This document shows positions 61,667 to 64,000 of a DNA stretch of 64,000 nucleotides, in pieces. Location: IMG/VR virus record IMGVR_UViG_3300033233_000010, positions 32,001 to 96,000 of that record; one strand, written 5' to 3'. The position numbers and the translations under genes are program-made. The number at the start of each line of letters is the position of its first letter. Position 1 is the first letter of the stretch. The stretch is from a virus. The notes under the pieces were generated by a model that saw only the letters and a list, made by a program, of their open reading frames with translations, did no database searches and was not told where the DNA came from.

Positions 61667-63982
61667 TTAGTGTACGTCGTCCCACGTACGCCCAAACTTC
61701 GTCGAAGCATCGAGCGGGACTCGCAGCGTGGCCGCGCTCTTCATGTGCCGGTCGACCATCTCTTTGACTTCGGACCTGAGCACGGCGGGGCATTCTCCCA
61801 ACAGCTCGTCGTGGACCTGAACGAGAATGCGGACCTTTCGCCAGAGACGCGCCTCGGCAGAACCGACTTTGGCCGCACGCCGGTTGCGGTCCTCGATGAT
61901 GCGGGTCATCGCGACTTTGATGATGTCCTGAGCGGTGCCGCAAACCTGGAAGTGAATCCCTTCGGAGACGGCCTTGAACTCGCTGAGCGACCTCTCTTGC
62001 GAGAGCCGGCGTCGACGCCCGGTGAGTGTCTGAGCGATCCACCCGTTGCTCCGCAGGACGCGCTCGGTGAGCGCATGGAATGGCTTGATGGACTCGTAGT
62101 TCGAGAACCACGCGTCGATGACCTGGGCCGCGTATTCGACGCGCGGCTCGCCGTTCTCATCGTAGAGATCGGCGTACTGACAGAAGCGGTCGGGACCGAT
62201 GCGATAGCACACGCCGAAGTTGAGATTTTTGCTCAAAGGGTCGCGCTCAACCCTCACGTCCTCAGCCGTGCGTTGGTGCAGGTCGACGTGACGGCAACGC
62301 TTCTGGTGCTTAACCTTCTTGCCGCCGCATCGCGGGCACTGTTTGCCGTCCTCGGGAACAGCGGGAAGGTAGATGGACGCGGTTCGGTCCTTGGTCTTGT
62401 CCTTCTTGTCGCAGTCGTCGCAGACCCAGTGCTGATAGCGGAGACACGGACCGCCGCTCTCCGCGTGACAGCCGCCGACTGAGGAGTAGACCTCGGTCAT
62501 ATTCTTGTCGCCGGAGAGATGACAGATGACCCTCAACTCTACCTGGGAATAGTCCACGCCCCATAGCAGGAGCAGTTCGTCCTCGCGGACTTTTCGTTCG
62601 GTCGCGTCCTGAATGAGCTTGATCAGCTCCGGCTCGTCCGGCTGGTGCGTGCAGAACGCCTTGCGGATCAGGTTGCGATCTCTGGGCTGGTTCTGAAAGT
62701 TAAAAGGGTCCGAACTGCTGAGTCTCGCGACCACGGTGGAGGTTTGGTTAAAATGGGAGTGGACGCGCCCGTCGTGTGCCCCTTGCGCGAGCTTGCCGAT
62801 CGTAACGGCGAAGTTGGTCCGCACGGTGTCGAGCGACCGCCAGTCGAGGATGTCGGCGACGAGGCTGTGCTGGATGATCTTCCCCGCCTCGTCCTTCACC
62901 TCGCCCGCGCGCCGGAGGTGGTTGATCTCCTTCGAGCCGGTCGAGTACTGTCCAGACTTCCCCTGCTTGATCGCCTTCGTCGAGAGCCCGAGGCCGCCCT
63001 GCTCCGGCGCACCGAAGAGAAGTTCCGAAACCTTCACCGACGACTTCGGGTTGAGGGTGTAACCCACTCGCTTCTCGATGCGAGCGAGGATCTCGTCTTT
63101 CTCGTTGGCGAGGTTCTCAGCGACCTGCCGGAGCCACCGCCAGTCGATGAGGACTCCCGCGCACTCCATCTCACCGAGGATGCGACATATCTTCATGTCG
63201 ATCCCCCAGAAGATCCGCTCAAGCTCGCCGCCGGGCGTCTCGGCGCGGAGCCTGTCCATGCTGTGCTCGTAGAGCTTCCAGGTCCAGTACACGTCCTCCA
63301 TGGCGTAGATGCCGAGCGGTTGCACCGAGTCGGCCATGAACGGAAGAACCTGCTGACGCTTGAGGCGCGCGGCGTCCTCGTACGTCACCATCTCGTGCCC
63401 GAAGATGGCCTTCACGCGCTGCTTGAGCCCGTAAGCGTAGTGGTTTTCGTCGCAGAGGAAGTCGGCCAGCATCGAGTCGGCGAGCTTCATGTTCATCGAG
63501 ATGCCGCGCTCGCACCCCGATGAGAAGTTGAGGAAGCCAACGTCGAACTTGACGTGGTGCCCGACTCCGATGATGTCGGGATATTTCTCGAAGGTCGGGC
63601 GGAGGGCCTCCATGATCTCGCGCTGGTTGAGCGCGGGCCGGAGGTTCTGGATCACCGGCTGCTGGCGATGCAGTTCCCAGACCCTCTTGTCGTCCGGGTC
63701 ACCGGTGCGCTCGTACTTGATGCGAGCGTGCTGTTCTTCTGGCGACTCGTCCGGCTGGACGTACTGGAGCATGGTGTCTTCGACGAACGGATACCAGGCC
63801 CGGAGCGGAGCGCTCCTCTCGCCGTCCGGCACGTAGAACGAGATTCCCTCGATCTTGTCTACAAGCGGGTCGAGTCCCGTAGTCTCAAGGTCGAAGACGA
63901 AGGTACCGCGGGCGAGGATGCGATCGAGAAGCTCCCCGGTGGGGACGTTTCCGATGTCGATCTCTTCGAGCATCCTAGCCAC
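61667..63982 (-). CDS. polA: Family A DNA polymerase with 3'-5' exonuclease
   Basis: DLETTG, HVKFD and YAMED exo motifs; DYSQVELR (A), KNLNFG (B), VHDE (C). Confidence 0.95.
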   Translation of the reverse strand: MARMLEEIDIGNVPTGELLDRILARGTFVFDLETTGLDPLVDKIEGISFYVPDGERSAPLRAWYPFVEDTMLQYVQPDESPEEQHARIKYERTGDPDDKRVWELHRQQPVIQNLRPALNQREIMEALRPTFEKYPDIIGVGHHVKFDVGFLNFSSGCERGISMNMKLADSMLADFLCDENHYAYGLKQRVKAIFGHEMVTYEDAARLKRQQVLPFMADSVQPLGIYAMEDVYWTWKLYEHSMDRLRAETPGGELERIFWGIDMKICRILGEMECAGVLIDWRWLRQVAENLANEKDEILARIEKRVGYTLNPKSSVKVSELLFGAPEQGGLGLSTKAIKQGKSGQYSTGSKEINHLRRAGEVKDEAGKIIQHSLVADILDWRSLDTVRTNFAVTIGKLAQGAHDGRVHSHFNQTSTVVARLSSSDPFNFQNQPRDRNLIRKAFCTHQPDEPELIKLIQDATERKVREDELLLLWGVDYSQVELRVICHLSGDKNMTEVYSSVGGCHAESGGPCLRYQHWVCDDCDKKDKTKDRTASIYLPAVPEDGKQCPRCGGKKVKHQKRCRHVDLHQRTAEDVRVERDPLSKNLNFGVCYRIGPDRFCQYADLYDENGEPRVEYAAQVIDAWFSNYESIKPFHALTERVLRSNGWIAQTLTGRRRRLSQERSLSEFKAVSEGIHFQVCGTAQDIIKVAMTRIIEDRNRRAAKVGSAEARLWRKVRILVQVHDELLGECPAVLRSEVKEMVDRHMKSAATLRVPLDASTKFGRTWDDVH

Positions 63983-64000
63983 GGTGAACCTCTACCGGCG

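Noticed and set aside
35-63836. Many long overlapping or antisense ORFs in the supplied track (e.g. 15787..17547, 26896..28923, 28737..31103, 33317..35200)
   Set aside because: Shadow ORFs expected from high GC3 on the opposite strand; Arg/Gly/Leu-rich with no family motifs
1-64000. tRNA genes or stop-codon reassignment
   Set aside because: No cloverleaf with a T-loop consensus found by eye; TAG, TGA and TAA all terminate well-recognised genes at expected lengths

Overview
This is a 64-kb, high-GC (~65-70%) slice of a large (probably jumbo, tailed) lytic bacteriophage genome in the standard genetic code. Genes are densely packed, with many ATGA/GTGA stop-start overlaps. A short + strand block (1-6554) meets a long - strand block (6551-63982). 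Modules: nucleotide metabolism (thyX, nrdJ, dNMP kinase, MazG-like, SLOG); a block of basic, low-complexity putative head-internal proteins (13.3-18.7 kb, 28.8-30.5 kb); tail-fibre and structural genes (20-28.8 kb); a 2229-aa protein with helical repeats and a kinase-like domain; terL/terS; two sigma-like factors with ParB and an MTase; and replication/recombination genes (UDG, RuvC, PD-(D/E)XK nucleases, RecA, SF2 helicase, family A polymerase). No capsid, portal, tRNA, CRISPR or reverse transcriptase gene was seen. Four signals stand out. (1) Two unrelated endonuclease cassettes have each inserted inside a gene (thyX; a PLA2-like gene) and carry a recoded replacement of that gene's N-terminus, leaving the old 5' end positioned to drive the nuclease. 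(2) A family of proteins shares an LxEAIxxFRS-LxE motif and E|A boundaries, suggesting a capsid-targeting/proteolytic polyprotein system. (3) A short motif, LxRRPLx[S/T], recurs in five unrelated small proteins. (4) The giant kinase-like protein. All family calls come from motif recognition by eye; no searches were run.
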